A stretch of 64,000 nt of DNA from an uncultured bacterium (GTDB taxonomy: Bacteria; Bacteroidota; Rhodothermia; Balneolales; DATFMH01): positions 72,158-136,157 of the forward strand of contig CAWANF010000013.1 in assembly GCA_963783355.1 (NCBI GenBank). Reading direction: 5' to 3'. This document shows positions 8,776 through 19,145 of this stretch, piece after piece. Under the pieces are notes generated by a model. It had not been told where the DNA came from. It was given only the letters and a program-made list of their open reading frames with translations, and searched no databases. Both the position numbers and the translations under genes were made by a program. How positions within the stretch are numbered: the stretch's first letter is position 1; each line of letters opens with the position of its first letter.

Positions 8776-11700
8776 TGTATTACAGCAATTTTAATGAGTT
8801 TTGAATCCGTTTTTCCATTTATTTTTGCCCGAACCCTGGCATAATAAACACCATTTCCCCAGCTTTGGGTGTTTATTTGTGTTTCTTCAGGTACACCGCC
8901 TTTTGCATCTATAGTCTTGCTGAATAAGGTTCTTCCGGCCATTGTGATAATGGTTATCTGAATGGTAGCCGGACCTTGCGTCTGGTATCTTATATAGGTT
9001 TCATTATTTGCCGGATTTGGCCAGTTGTAGGTTTCTTTCTTATTCAGAATGCCAAAATCAGTATTTGGTGAGTTATTAAGCTGTCTTTCAGTATAAATCT
9101 TGTTGAACTGCCCGTTTCCATATTGAGAACGCCAGTCTGCTTTACCTGTTTTGGGAAAATACCAGGCCCGGATATCACCTTTCGGACTTACGGCATATAA
9201 TGTTTTATCAATAAAAATGGGATGAACAGGTTCAAACTGATAATTATTAATGGAGCCGACATATACGGGGAAATTGGATAATTCCTGCTGTTTTTGGTTA
9301 TAGGCGTGAATCGTGTAGGAAATACTATCCTGGACCTCAACTAATAAATCAGGTTTGCCTGTGCCATTTATGTCGGCCACAAGAGGTGCTCCGACGAATT
9401 TGGAACCTTTAGGAGGTTTTACCGGAAAACCATCCAGCAATGCGCCATTCAGGTTTTTTGCAACAAGAGTATTATGATTTTTGTCGATATAAATAAAATC
9501 CAAATTGCCATCTCCGGTGTAATCCGCAAAAGCCGGCCAACTGATTGGATTATGATCAACGATGGTTGTTACAGCGGGGCTTCCGTTTTGAGGCTCAATA
9601 AGATATAAATCATTCAGATCCAGGGCGAAAAATGCCGGAGTATTTTGCGTATCCGGTATCAGCGAACCGGTATATAATCTTTGTCCGGTTGTGGAATTTT
9701 GGAACCAGCTGGAATTAACATAATTAGAGCCTGCAATTTGAAAAGTCTTGTTTTGAATGTAAGAGTATTGTCCGTTGACAGGCTTTGATCGCTGTACATC
9801 CTGCGAAAATGAAGATAATGAGCTGCCATCATTGATGTTTATACGATCCTTCCCAAAATCAAAATCAAGCGTATCTCCTGCCTCGGAACTTATGAAGCCT
9901 GTGGATGATGAAATTTGATTGTTATTCCAAACCATCTGCCAGTTTCCATTCGTGTAATTCCAGGCTTGCGTTGAACCGTTACCGGAGTAAAGATTTTTAT
10001 TATGGGTTAAAATTAGGTATTTGCCAATGAACGGTTGTTGCGGAACTGAAAATCCAAAATCATACCAGTCATGATTGCTGCCCTGATTGATTTTTAAAGA
10101 ATAAACGTCCTTGGGAGTTGGAATGATCAATAACGAATCGGAACCGGAGACGTAAAGTTGCAGTCCCAATGGGTAACCCTGAACATAATCGCTGGTGTTT
10201 TGAATTACAGAATCAGCTTTCTGTGACGGTGCAATAGAAATGGTATTAAACCAGTCAGGTTGTTCCGGTTTTGCCCTAAAAGTAGCGACGGGGAGGTTGG
10301 GCGAAAAGTCATAAAACTCAAAGAAGCTGGGGCTGCCCGTATTACTTCGATTGTTTGGGTGTGTATTATCGGCAAATCGGTTCTGATATAATCGAAGAGT
10401 ATCGCCATTCTGACTAATTACGGAAGCATCGTTACCTTTCCACCAGAAATCGTATGGAGTACCACCAGTTACATTTCCAAGCAATATCGAAAGGGCATCT
10501 TTCCCTATATCCTGTGCGCCATCGGCTTCCATAAGGTTTACACCCTTGCGAGCGGGATTATTATTGATAGTATTTTCAGCCAGGTTATTTCGAATGACAG
10601 CATCGTCGATATGCCAGATTAAAATGCCGCCATTAAGTACGCGTGGATCCTTACTTTCTGTATCGAGTCCGCCAGGCAAACTCCAGTCGAAATTACTGAC
10701 GTTGGTTACAACTCCGGATGCCAGCTTCGCTTCAATACTGTCAGGATAATCCGGATTGAAATATTCATCCTGATCTGAAATGTGCCGGGTAACGGTTTGT
10801 CCGCCCGGTTTTTGGATAGTGATATCCAAACCCTTGTTTTGAGGATCCCTGTTACGATTTTCAACGAGGAAATATTCATCTGATGAAATATTATATCTCG
10901 CAAAACTGTCAGGCTGATGCAAAGAAGATGCGGCCAAAGATACAGGCTGTGTGTCATTCAGATTAATCTCAAATGATGAACCCCAGCCCATAAAAATTTT
11001 TTCCCATGCCGATGGCTCCGGTGGAAACAATCCGAGATAAGAAAAAAAACTCTCGGGATCCATCAAACCGAACCGGCCAATTCCGGACGCCCCGGTTTGG
11101 GTATTGTATAAATCCGGCAGCCCTAAATAACTGCCTATAGAGGCACATATCAATCCATTAATAGAAAATTGAACTAAAAACCGGCTATCGGAAATATCGG
11201 TTCCCAAACGGGATTCTGTTTCCGGCAAAATGATCGAATTTGTTACATTAAAGGTGCTATTTATGGGAAAACCGGTAAAAGCAGGGTCTTTGAGCAGCTT
11301 CGAAAGGGCATTCCTGCTTAAAAATATTGAGGGGATGTCCTGTGGAGTATGATCCAGGGCGGTACCCAAAAAATTAAAATCACGCCCGGAACCTGCGTGA
11401 AATATGATAAAAACAGTATTATCAGGATTCAGGTTTGAAGTATCAAAGCCGCCGTTCTGATGAACATTACTCCAGGTGTCTTTTACCAGGTCAGCCAGTT
11501 TATAATCTTGCGAGTCATTATCACCCATAGGAGCATAGTTGCTCATAGGATGGCCCAGATGAAATATTTTAGGAAGGATTGTGTATTGAATATTCAATTT
11601 TCCATCTGAAACCTTTTCAAAATAGTTCTTGGCAAATTCCAGGTGAGCCGCAAAATAAGCATTGTCGTGGGGCAGGGGATCGATAGTTATATTCGTGGGT

Positions 11701-11990
11701 ATGAAGTGAGAGGAGCTGCTCGTATCAATAATAGAAGTATCGAAATGGCCATTGCCACTGGTATAAGAATTATTATCCGTTTTAAAGTCGACCATTACCG
11801 CTATGACATGCAGGGTTCCTGTCGCTGCTGTAATAGGTGGAGTCTGACTGAAACCTGCCGGTAACGCATACGGATGATATGACAGATCTTTCACAGATTG
11901 TTGAGCAAAGCCGATCCTGTAATAAAAAATAAACAGAAGCAGGTATAGATAGCTACTTCTGTTATAAAGAGATTTGCTGATTGCTGTCAA
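8772..11990 (-). CDS. T9SS C-terminal-domain cargo protein with M6 (InhA)-like domain lacking HExxH, plus FG-GAP/VCBS-like repeats
   Basis: 1072 aa with a signal peptide. 'LGLPDLY' is preceded by 'CASIGSY' where M6 peptidases carry HExxH. Also 'FLVENRN', 'ILIWHIDD', 'DYTGDGNLDF' and 'ADINGTGKPDL'. The C-terminus 'NGVYYARVRA..KLIKIAVIH' is a typical T9SS sorting domain. Confidence 0.75.
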   Translation of the reverse strand: MTAISKSLYNRSSYLYLLLFIFYYRIGFAQQSVKDLSYHPYALPAGFSQTPPITAATGTLHVIAVMVDFKTDNNSYTSGNGHFDTSIIDTSSSSHFIPTNITIDPLPHDNAYFAAHLEFAKNYFEKVSDGKLNIQYTILPKIFHLGHPMSNYAPMGDNDSQDYKLADLVKDTWSNVHQNGGFDTSNLNPDNTVFIIFHAGSGRDFNFLGTALDHTPQDIPSIFLSRNALSKLLKDPAFTGFPINSTFNVTNSIILPETESRLGTDISDSRFLVQFSINGLICASIGSYLGLPDLYNTQTGASGIGRFGLMDPESFFSYLGLFPPEPSAWEKIFMGWGSSFEINLNDTQPVSLAASSLHQPDSFARYNISSDEYFLVENRNRDPQNKGLDITIQKPGGQTVTRHISDQDEYFNPDYPDSIEAKLASGVVTNVSNFDWSLPGGLDTESKDPRVLNGGILIWHIDDAVIRNNLAENTINNNPARKGVNLMEADGAQDIGKDALSILLGNVTGGTPYDFWWKGNDASVISQNGDTLRLYQNRFADNTHPNNRSNTGSPSFFEFYDFSPNLPVATFRAKPEQPDWFNTISIAPSQKADSVIQNTSDYVQGYPLGLQLYVSGSDSLLIIPTPKDVYSLKINQGSNHDWYDFGFSVPQQPFIGKYLILTHNKNLYSGNGSTQAWNYTNGNWQMVWNNNQISSSTGFISSEAGDTLDFDFGKDRININDGSSLSSFSQDVQRSKPVNGQYSYIQNKTFQIAGSNYVNSSWFQNSTTGQRLYTGSLIPDTQNTPAFFALDLNDLYLIEPQNGSPAVTTIVDHNPISWPAFADYTGDGNLDFIYIDKNHNTLVAKNLNGALLDGFPVKPPKGSKFVGAPLVADINGTGKPDLLVEVQDSISYTIHAYNQKQQELSNFPVYVGSINNYQFEPVHPIFIDKTLYAVSPKGDIRAWYFPKTGKADWRSQYGNGQFNKIYTERQLNNSPNTDFGILNKKETYNWPNPANNETYIRYQTQGPATIQITIITMAGRTLFSKTIDAKGGVPEETQINTQSWGNGVYYARVRAKINGKTDSKLIKIAVIH

Positions 11991-12008
11991 GAACGCGTGA
12001 CCGGGTTA

Positions 12009-13127
12009 TTATTTGAAATTTAACAAGACTGAAAATCGAATCGTATTTGATAAGGGACTGTTGGTGGCCGTCGTTACAATGTAACTGAAATCGACTCCAA
12101 ATACATTGTACCGTAAACCGGCACCGAACGTGATATAGCGACGATCACCGTTTTTGGGAGATTCAAAGAAATATCCGGTTCGCAGAGCAAACTTTTTATC
12201 ATACCAATATTCCAATCCAGTACCGACCATAATTTGGTCAAAGAAATTTAGAGTGACGAATTTTGTGCCATCATTACGCGTATAAGGCCCCCACGATTTG
12301 AATAAAGCTTCTCCCAGGCTCATGGCGTGTCCGCTGGTATCGTTTCTTGCCATCAATTTTGAAAAGTCGTTAGCAATAGTAAGAGTGTTATAACCATCCT
12401 TATCGAGATTCATGGTAAACGCCCAGCCTAAACGCATGATAGTAGGAAGCGGATCCTTTTGGGCAGCATCGGTATACTGAATGCCCGGGCCGAGATTCGA
12501 TAAATCAAAACCGGCACTGAACTGGCTTTTTCTGTTTGCTAGCTGGAATACGTCTGTCCGGTACATCGCTGCCAAATCGACGCCGACACTGGTTCCGATA
12601 CGAGCCTGCTGACCGCCAACACTGAGACCGGCCGGCACAAGGTTGCTATATATAAATCTAATTCCGGTACCAAATGCTAAATTCGGGCTGACTCTGAAAC
12701 CGTACGACCCCCCGGCTGCCAGTTCATAACTTTTAAAAGTTCCAAGATTATTCCCGCTTTCATCTCTGTATTGTTGCGAGCCAAGATTCAGGTAGGTGAT
12801 ATTACCGGCTATGGTACCTATTCCGTCAACATAATATTTGCCGACAAGGTAATCATAGAACAGGTCGGTATTGAATTGAGGAAGCCACGGCGAGTGCGTA
12901 ATACTGATCTGGTTTCCGCTTTGGAATGCCAATCCTGCAGGATTCCAGAAAACCGCGGAAGCGTTATCGGCGATGGCAACGTTGGCGTTACCCATACCTG
13001 TAGCCCGTGAATCCGGTTCGATCTGCAGAAACGGAACGGATGTTATACTGACCTGTGCCCATCCCTGTGAATAAACGGAGATTACTAACAGAATTGTTAA
13101 CGACAAATATTTAGTCAACTTTCTCAT
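12009..13127 (-). CDS. porV: type IX secretion system outer-membrane channel protein PorV (LptO)
   Basis: 372 aa with a signal peptide. N-terminal 'VPFLQIEPDSRATGMGNANVAI..NPAGLAF' matches the PorV signature region. Lies immediately downstream of porU, as in other Bacteroidota. Confidence 0.88.
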   Translation of the reverse strand: MRKLTKYLSLTILLVISVYSQGWAQVSITSVPFLQIEPDSRATGMGNANVAIADNASAVFWNPAGLAFQSGNQISITHSPWLPQFNTDLFYDYLVGKYYVDGIGTIAGNITYLNLGSQQYRDESGNNLGTFKSYELAAGGSYGFRVSPNLAFGTGIRFIYSNLVPAGLSVGGQQARIGTSVGVDLAAMYRTDVFQLANRKSQFSAGFDLSNLGPGIQYTDAAQKDPLPTIMRLGWAFTMNLDKDGYNTLTIANDFSKLMARNDTSGHAMSLGEALFKSWGPYTRNDGTKFVTLNFFDQIMVGTGLEYWYDKKFALRTGYFFESPKNGDRRYITFGAGLRYNVFGVDFSYIVTTATNSPLSNTIRFSVLLNFK

Positions 13128-13182
13128 TTTCTTGCTTCCTGATATTTGATATAAAATAAGTTTTACTTTGAAACTTTTCTAA

Positions 13183-16100
13183 TTAGTGGATGATTACCAA
13201 TTTCTCGATTTTCTGAACCGATTGTTCTCCTTTATCTGTATTGGTTTTTACGTGAACAACATACAGGTAAGTTCCTGTTGCCAAAGGATCGTTGTCATCA
13301 TCGCGACCATACCAGTTGATGCTGACATACGGTGAACTTGTGATAACATCGTCTCTTTCGATATGCGCTACCGGCCGGCCACTCAGCGTATAGATGTTGA
13401 TATCTATCGTCATCGGATTCCCCGGCTGATTATGTTCTATAATGAATTTTGTTTCATTATTCATCGGGTTAGGGAAATTGTAAACACGCCGAATCGTCAG
13501 ATTTTGACTCTTGGCAACGGTGAAAGAAATCTGACTTTGGGATTCATTATTGAATACGTCCCAGGCTCGAATGTTCAGCACATAATTTCCATTCGGTAGA
13601 TTATTGAGAGGATACTCAATCTTCCCACTCGCATAATCATTCAAATTACTGGTATAATAATCATTCAAAACGATAGTTTTATCCGGTTGATTCGGGCTGC
13701 TGAGCTGGGCTATAATATCGTGTCCTACACCATTTCCGGTTGTATTTATACCGGAAGGATCTTTTAAATCGACAATCAAATTCGGAGAGTCATTGACCAT
13801 ACTGCCATCTATAAAAGAATCATTATTGAGATAAATGGATATTTGCGGGCCTTTCTTATCATTGACAGCGTCAGGATTTGTACCACTCAGAGTGAAATTG
13901 CTGTATTCACCGGCCGCATCATCCGAGGTTTCATCAGCATATAATAGGATTTTGCCTTTCCGGTCGGAATAGGACATGTCTTTGGGGATGATAAAATTAG
14001 CAGTGAACCGGCCGTTTGTAACGGAAGCCCGGCCACTAAAAAGTACATCTTTTTGGACTTTATATTGGCAGTTTTTGATATAGCAACCATAAGTCTGCAT
14101 CCATGAACGTTCGGGTAATTTTACATACCGGCTTGCATCATAAACCTGCATGTTCACGATTCCATTAAAATTATTATCCACCGTGCTGTCGTTATTTATC
14201 ACATCCCCTTTAACCGTAACATGATCAAGGGCACGAAGATTTATCGTGCTATCCTGCAGATTAGTGATATTATTAATCTGTGTGATCATCATTTTCTTCC
14301 TGGGGATGCCGATTTGTACAGCCGGGTCTCCCAACAGGATGAATTTCCTGCTGTTGAAACTTGGACCTGCGATTCCGGTGATTTTTGTAAGCCGGTAAAT
14401 ATCGCCCAGCGTTCGCGGTTCGCCTGTTGTTTCATCCCGTGTGCTCATATATTGGGTCAAAAGGCGGTTTAAGCCGAAATTCAGGCTATTTGGATCGGAG
14501 CTGGTATAAACAACGCGGGTTGTGGTAAATGCGGCAACCATACCTCCGTCGGGATATAAGACGGTCTGTTCAGCACCCGATTCCTGGTCGGTATCATCGT
14601 ATCGCCCAAATTGACAGGTAGCAGTCACGAAAATGGACAGTTTGTTTTTATTGGTAAACTGACTGATATAATTAGAAACGAATAATCGCTCATCACTGAG
14701 AATTTCCTCGCCACCGTGGCCAGAGTAATTTATAACCAGTGTTCCATTATTGATGCTATTGATAAAAGCGTCTGTAGCCAGTGGAATACGTCGTCCCGCT
14801 GTCGTGTTTTCAACCGGATAACTGAATTCGTAAACTTTATTTACATGAAGGCCTTCATCGCTGTTTTCAACAATGGCAGCAGTGGAATCAGCATTTAAAA
14901 CATGAAGATCGCGGTTTAAATCGGGATTAGGCAGATCATCATCGGCCACAAAGGTGAATAACGAGCGCCAGTCACCATCGCTGCTGCTGCTGTCGTAATC
15001 TTTTATCTTCTGAACAACGGTCTTGGCCTGAGCTTCCGTTTGCACAGGCAGCCGGCCGATACCTATATCCAATAATTGTATTGAACTGGTTGTCCAGTTT
15101 CCTTCACTGGGGTCTAAAAGGCCGAAGTAATCGTCGCTGGCAAAACTTTCAATACGTTGTAAAGATTCTTTGCTTTCGTATGTAAATACATAATTTTTCA
15201 TCGGGGCATCTTTGATGATCCCCTTATAATCGTAGGTGGCATCTCCAAACAGTAACAGGTATTTGGGCAAAAGATTCTGATCCGTACCGGCTTTTTCGTA
15301 CAGATACCTCACAAAATTTCGGATAGCGGATACATCCGGAACACCGCCCGAAAATTCATTGAATATTTGTTCCTGGGTAACTACTACGGGCCGGAGTCCG
15401 GACTTTTGCTTCCTGTAATTAGCTAAATCATTGGCCTCTGCTAAAAATTTCGGTGCGGTTACAATGATGTAATTTGGATAATCCGAGATGCCATGCAAAT
15501 CCTGGTTGGCAACCGATGTTCCGGGATCTGGCGTATAAAAATCGGTTTGGGCAATCATTTGCCGTCCCGGGTTAGCATAAAAATTAAAATCGTAGTTCTG
15601 TCCGGTGGAAGTCACATTCATGAGCACGGGTGAAACAGGATTGGTGACATCCATGACCACCGGCTGGCTTTTGAAACCGCTCAGTACATAATTGCCAACA
15701 TCTCCAGACTGCCCGTCTGATGGGGAAAAGAAATACAAGCGGCCATTCTTTGGAACTAATTTTCGCGGAATGGTCATCTCAATCCAGTCGAGCCAGCCCT
15801 GTGAGCTGGAAGAAGGGTTGCCGAATCGTGCCGATACATTTAAAATGTCGTTGGCCGCCGTAAAATTTGATATACTTGTTGTAAGTGTACTCTCGTGTCC
15901 GGAATAGCCGGTGTCCCCATTTAAATCTAATATTGAACTGATATTAACCTGGCCGACGGTCTGACTATTGGCAGTTACATAAAATGTCGAGACATCCTGG
16001 GAACGTGCTGCAAAGGTGATGTTGAATTGCACGGTACTATTGGGTATAAGCCCCGGAATAGTATCCTGTAGAATGGCCTGGTTGCTCGCAAAACTTTCAT

Positions 16101-17121
16101 TCGTAAATGTCTGGCCGAGCCATTGGGTTCCGGATTTCATTCCGGCTTCTGATTTTGTGAGTTCCTGTTCTTTCCAAATAAAATCCGGGAAATCCTGGAC
16201 GGTACGATTAGCTGTAAGGCCGTTGTTGCCGGCAGCCAAACGAAGCCCTCGATCACTTCCAATTGTAAGAAATACATAATTTTCAGTACTGTAAGGATTT
16301 ATATGGTGAGAATAGGTATTGTTCTGTGAATCGTAGGTAATTTCATTCGGACTGTTACCATAGAACAAGATATAGTCCCCGCTGTCGAATTTACCATCCG
16401 ATTCTCCTGAAACAATAATGGGAATTTGTTTAAACTCCGGCCATGGGGATGAATTGGCATTTGGCAGCTCATAACCGTTTGTGCCCCAAATCTGAATATT
16501 TCTTGGATCTATATTATTAACGTCGATCCCGAGATTCTTCAGGTAAGTGGCATCGATGCGATAAATTCCATTTTTGCTAAACGGTATTTTATACCATTGT
16601 CCGGAAGATAGCGGTGTCGATGTTGCAGCAAGTGTCTGTCTTTGAAAAGTCCGAAGCCGTGCCCGGGAAGTTTGTTGGGGAATGGGACTCGGTTTAAAAA
16701 CGCGGATTTTCATGTATTTCACTACAAGAAACAGGTCGTCTCTTCCCGATGGACGGCTGACATAAATTCGTAGCGTTGCAACCTGTCTCTTTCTGGACAT
16801 TCCCGGATTTACCACACGCATCAGCGGCGGCACATTAGAACCAATCTCTTTGTTAACTTTCATCAATCGTTTATTTCCGGATATATTTACCGGAACAATC
16901 ATTTGCTCCAATACGCGGTACGATTCCGTTCCCTGGTTATAAGGGATTAAAATATTGACGGGCGATCCTGTTTGAAGGCTATCGTTCTGAATCAGATAGT
17001 CGACAAATTGTGGCGTCTCATCAATAATATGTATAGTCTGAGCCTGAGCTTTAGTCATAAATAACAGGAGACTAACAAAAACAAGGCCCCGAACATAAGA
17101 TATTTGAATCTTAGAGCTCAA
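13183..17121 (-). CDS. porU: type IX secretion system sortase PorU (C25 gingipain-like peptidase)
   Basis: 1312 aa with a signal peptide. The size, central C25-like region and T9SS-type C-terminal domain ('GTYLYVVHVKT..KLVIIH') fit PorU, as does the conserved porU-porV adjacency. Confidence 0.85.
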   Translation of the reverse strand: MSSKIQISYVRGLVFVSLLLFMTKAQAQTIHIIDETPQFVDYLIQNDSLQTGSPVNILIPYNQGTESYRVLEQMIVPVNISGNKRLMKVNKEIGSNVPPLMRVVNPGMSRKRQVATLRIYVSRPSGRDDLFLVVKYMKIRVFKPSPIPQQTSRARLRTFQRQTLAATSTPLSSGQWYKIPFSKNGIYRIDATYLKNLGIDVNNIDPRNIQIWGTNGYELPNANSSPWPEFKQIPIIVSGESDGKFDSGDYILFYGNSPNEITYDSQNNTYSHHINPYSTENYVFLTIGSDRGLRLAAGNNGLTANRTVQDFPDFIWKEQELTKSEAGMKSGTQWLGQTFTNESFASNQAILQDTIPGLIPNSTVQFNITFAARSQDVSTFYVTANSQTVGQVNISSILDLNGDTGYSGHESTLTTSISNFTAANDILNVSARFGNPSSSSQGWLDWIEMTIPRKLVPKNGRLYFFSPSDGQSGDVGNYVLSGFKSQPVVMDVTNPVSPVLMNVTSTGQNYDFNFYANPGRQMIAQTDFYTPDPGTSVANQDLHGISDYPNYIIVTAPKFLAEANDLANYRKQKSGLRPVVVTQEQIFNEFSGGVPDVSAIRNFVRYLYEKAGTDQNLLPKYLLLFGDATYDYKGIIKDAPMKNYVFTYESKESLQRIESFASDDYFGLLDPSEGNWTTSSIQLLDIGIGRLPVQTEAQAKTVVQKIKDYDSSSSDGDWRSLFTFVADDDLPNPDLNRDLHVLNADSTAAIVENSDEGLHVNKVYEFSYPVENTTAGRRIPLATDAFINSINNGTLVINYSGHGGEEILSDERLFVSNYISQFTNKNKLSIFVTATCQFGRYDDTDQESGAEQTVLYPDGGMVAAFTTTRVVYTSSDPNSLNFGLNRLLTQYMSTRDETTGEPRTLGDIYRLTKITGIAGPSFNSRKFILLGDPAVQIGIPRKKMMITQINNITNLQDSTINLRALDHVTVKGDVINNDSTVDNNFNGIVNMQVYDASRYVKLPERSWMQTYGCYIKNCQYKVQKDVLFSGRASVTNGRFTANFIIPKDMSYSDRKGKILLYADETSDDAAGEYSNFTLSGTNPDAVNDKKGPQISIYLNNDSFIDGSMVNDSPNLIVDLKDPSGINTTGNGVGHDIIAQLSSPNQPDKTIVLNDYYTSNLNDYASGKIEYPLNNLPNGNYVLNIRAWDVFNNESQSQISFTVAKSQNLTIRRVYNFPNPMNNETKFIIEHNQPGNPMTIDINIYTLSGRPVAHIERDDVITSSPYVSINWYGRDDDNDPLATGTYLYVVHVKTNTDKGEQSVQKIEKLVIIH

Positions 17122-17309
17122 TAAGAGATGAATATGCGATTAATGCTTAAATGTGAAAGTTCAGTGTTACGTATTTGTAGCTTTCTATCGCAATAAGCTC
17201 TGAATGTTAAGTGGTTAGCAGATAAATAATTTAACAGGTAACATAGTTTGTCCTGTATATAAAATCAAGATAGCTAACACAAAATTATTATCAAAAATTT
17301 GTTGATTAT

Positions 17310-17358
17310 TGAAATAAAATGAAGGATAACAGTTAAAGGTGAAGAACGGTTATCCTTT
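17310..17358 (-). terminator. putative intrinsic terminator after thiolase gene
   Basis: Hairpin AAGGATAAC..GGTTATCCTT, followed on the minus strand by a T-rich tract, 14 nt past the stop codon. Confidence 0.5.
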
Positions 17359-17371
17359 TTATATATTTTTT

Positions 17372-18550
17372 TTAAATCATTTCGATAACGGTCGCAGAGG
17401 CACCTCCGCCGCCATTACAAATTCCGGCACATCCATACTTACCGCCGGTTTGTTTGAGGGCATGAATGAGCGTTACTAAAATGCGTGCTCCTGAACAGCC
17501 CAATGGATGGCCTATACTAACAGCTCCACCGTGAATATTCACTTTTGCGGGATCCAGCTTTAACAATTTGTTGTTAATCAGTGAAACGACCGAAAAGGCT
17601 TCATTAATTTCAAATAAGTCCATATCCTCAATTGTCTTACCGGATCGTTTCAGTGCGATTGGTATGGCATCGGCTGGTGCTGTGGTGAACCATTCAGGTG
17701 CTTTTGCGGCACTTCCCTGTCCGATTATGCGTGCCAATGGTTTTAATCCCAATTCGTTTGCTTTTTCTTCAGACATTACCAGAAGAGCAGCGGCTCCATC
17801 ATTAATTGTGCTGGCATTAGCAGCAGTTACCGTTCCTTCTTTATCAAAGACAGGACGAAGGGAAGGTATCTTATCAAAATTAACGCGGTTTACTTCTTCG
17901 TCGCTGTCAATTTCATCAACATTACCTTTTCGTCCCTTGATATGAATTTTGATGATTTCATCGGAGAACTTTCCTTCCTTTTGTGCTTTTTGGGAACGTT
18001 TGTACGATTCAATCGCGAAGTCATCTTGTTCTTCCCTGGAAATCTGGCATTCTTTAGCACAAATCTCGGCAGCTTTTCCCATGTGGAAATCTTTATAAAC
18101 ATCCCAAAGGCCATCTTTTATTAAGCCGTCAACAGCTTCGACATGGCCTAATTTTGAGCCGAAACGTTGTTTTGTTAAATAATAAGGTACATTACTCATG
18201 CTTTCCATACCGCCGGCAACGATAACATCTGCTTCACCGGCCTGGATTTGATTTACAGCGTACATTACCGCTTTCATACCGGAAGCACATACTTTATTAA
18301 CCGTCGTACAAGGCGTATTTTCATTTAAGCCGGCTTTCATAGCAGCCTGTCTCGCAGGTGCCTGACCAATACCGGCTGAGAGTACGTTTCCCATAATGAC
18401 TTCATTGACCGTATCGGGAGTAACTTCGCTTTTCTTGAGTAGTGCCTGGATGACGGCTGCTCCTAATTCCGGGGCAGATAACGAGGCGAGGGAGCCGCCG
18501 AACGAACCAATGGGGGTACGTAAAGCTTCGATTATAACTACATTTCGCAT
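17372..18550 (-). CDS. acetyl-CoA C-acetyltransferase (thiolase II)
   Basis: 392 aa with 'VNKVCASGMKA', 'GHPLGCSGARI' and 'CNGGGGA' thiolase active-site regions. Confidence 0.93.
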   Translation of the reverse strand: MRNVVIIEALRTPIGSFGGSLASLSAPELGAAVIQALLKKSEVTPDTVNEVIMGNVLSAGIGQAPARQAAMKAGLNENTPCTTVNKVCASGMKAVMYAVNQIQAGEADVIVAGGMESMSNVPYYLTKQRFGSKLGHVEAVDGLIKDGLWDVYKDFHMGKAAEICAKECQISREEQDDFAIESYKRSQKAQKEGKFSDEIIKIHIKGRKGNVDEIDSDEEVNRVNFDKIPSLRPVFDKEGTVTAANASTINDGAAALLVMSEEKANELGLKPLARIIGQGSAAKAPEWFTTAPADAIPIALKRSGKTIEDMDLFEINEAFSVVSLINNKLLKLDPAKVNIHGGAVSIGHPLGCSGARILVTLIHALKQTGGKYGCAGICNGGGGASATVIEMI

Positions 18551-18609
18551 GATGGATGATTTTTATTTTTTATTTCAGTTCAAGTAACATTCAATGTCTT
18601 TCTTGAGGT

Positions 18610-19137
18610 CTAAAGGTTCGATTCGTCTCTCCAGCTTAATAATTGCCAGGCACTGCTTGAATCAGTCCTGATAAGGATGAAATTTGCAGACCCGTCCGTT
18701 CGGATAACATCTGATCCTTTTAGAATAATTGCAAGATTAAACCGACGGATTACCTGCGCTTGCGTATTTGTGGTATCAACGATTTCCGTTACGATATTAT
18801 TCCATTGCAATTGTATATCCTGGCTTTGGGTAAACATATTGTATGCTGAGGTCAATTCCTCATCACGTCCCCAGGAAACATCGACATTACGATTATAGTC
18901 CCGGTATGTAAAGATGAACCGGGAATTTATTAACGGGCCGTAAAGCGTGGTATCTCTCAATTGATAAGCATTTTTAAAACGGGTATAAAATCCGCTGATT
19001 GTTTTTGGATTTCCTAAAGGATCGTCCGGCAACTGGCCTTTAATCACCCCGGGGGCAAAAGGGTTCTTACAACTTTGGGATATTAAAGCTGCAAAACCTA
19101 ATGCCATCAGGATAATATGGGCAGGACGAAGCTTCAT
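18610..19137 (-). CDS. hypothetical lipoprotein
   Basis: 175 aa with a signal peptide and lipobox-like 'LISQSC'. No recognisable domain. Confidence 0.55.
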   Translation of the reverse strand: MKLRPAHIILMALGFAALISQSCKNPFAPGVIKGQLPDDPLGNPKTISGFYTRFKNAYQLRDTTLYGPLINSRFIFTYRDYNRNVDVSWGRDEELTSAYNMFTQSQDIQLQWNNIVTEIVDTTNTQAQVIRRFNLAIILKGSDVIRTDGSANFILIRTDSSSAWQLLSWRDESNL

Positions 19138-19145
19138 TTTTTATT

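Noticed and set aside
17568-17945. 125-aa antisense ORF within the thiolase gene.
   Set aside because: The opposite strand encodes a full-length thiolase with all catalytic motifs, and the antisense product has no recognisable features.
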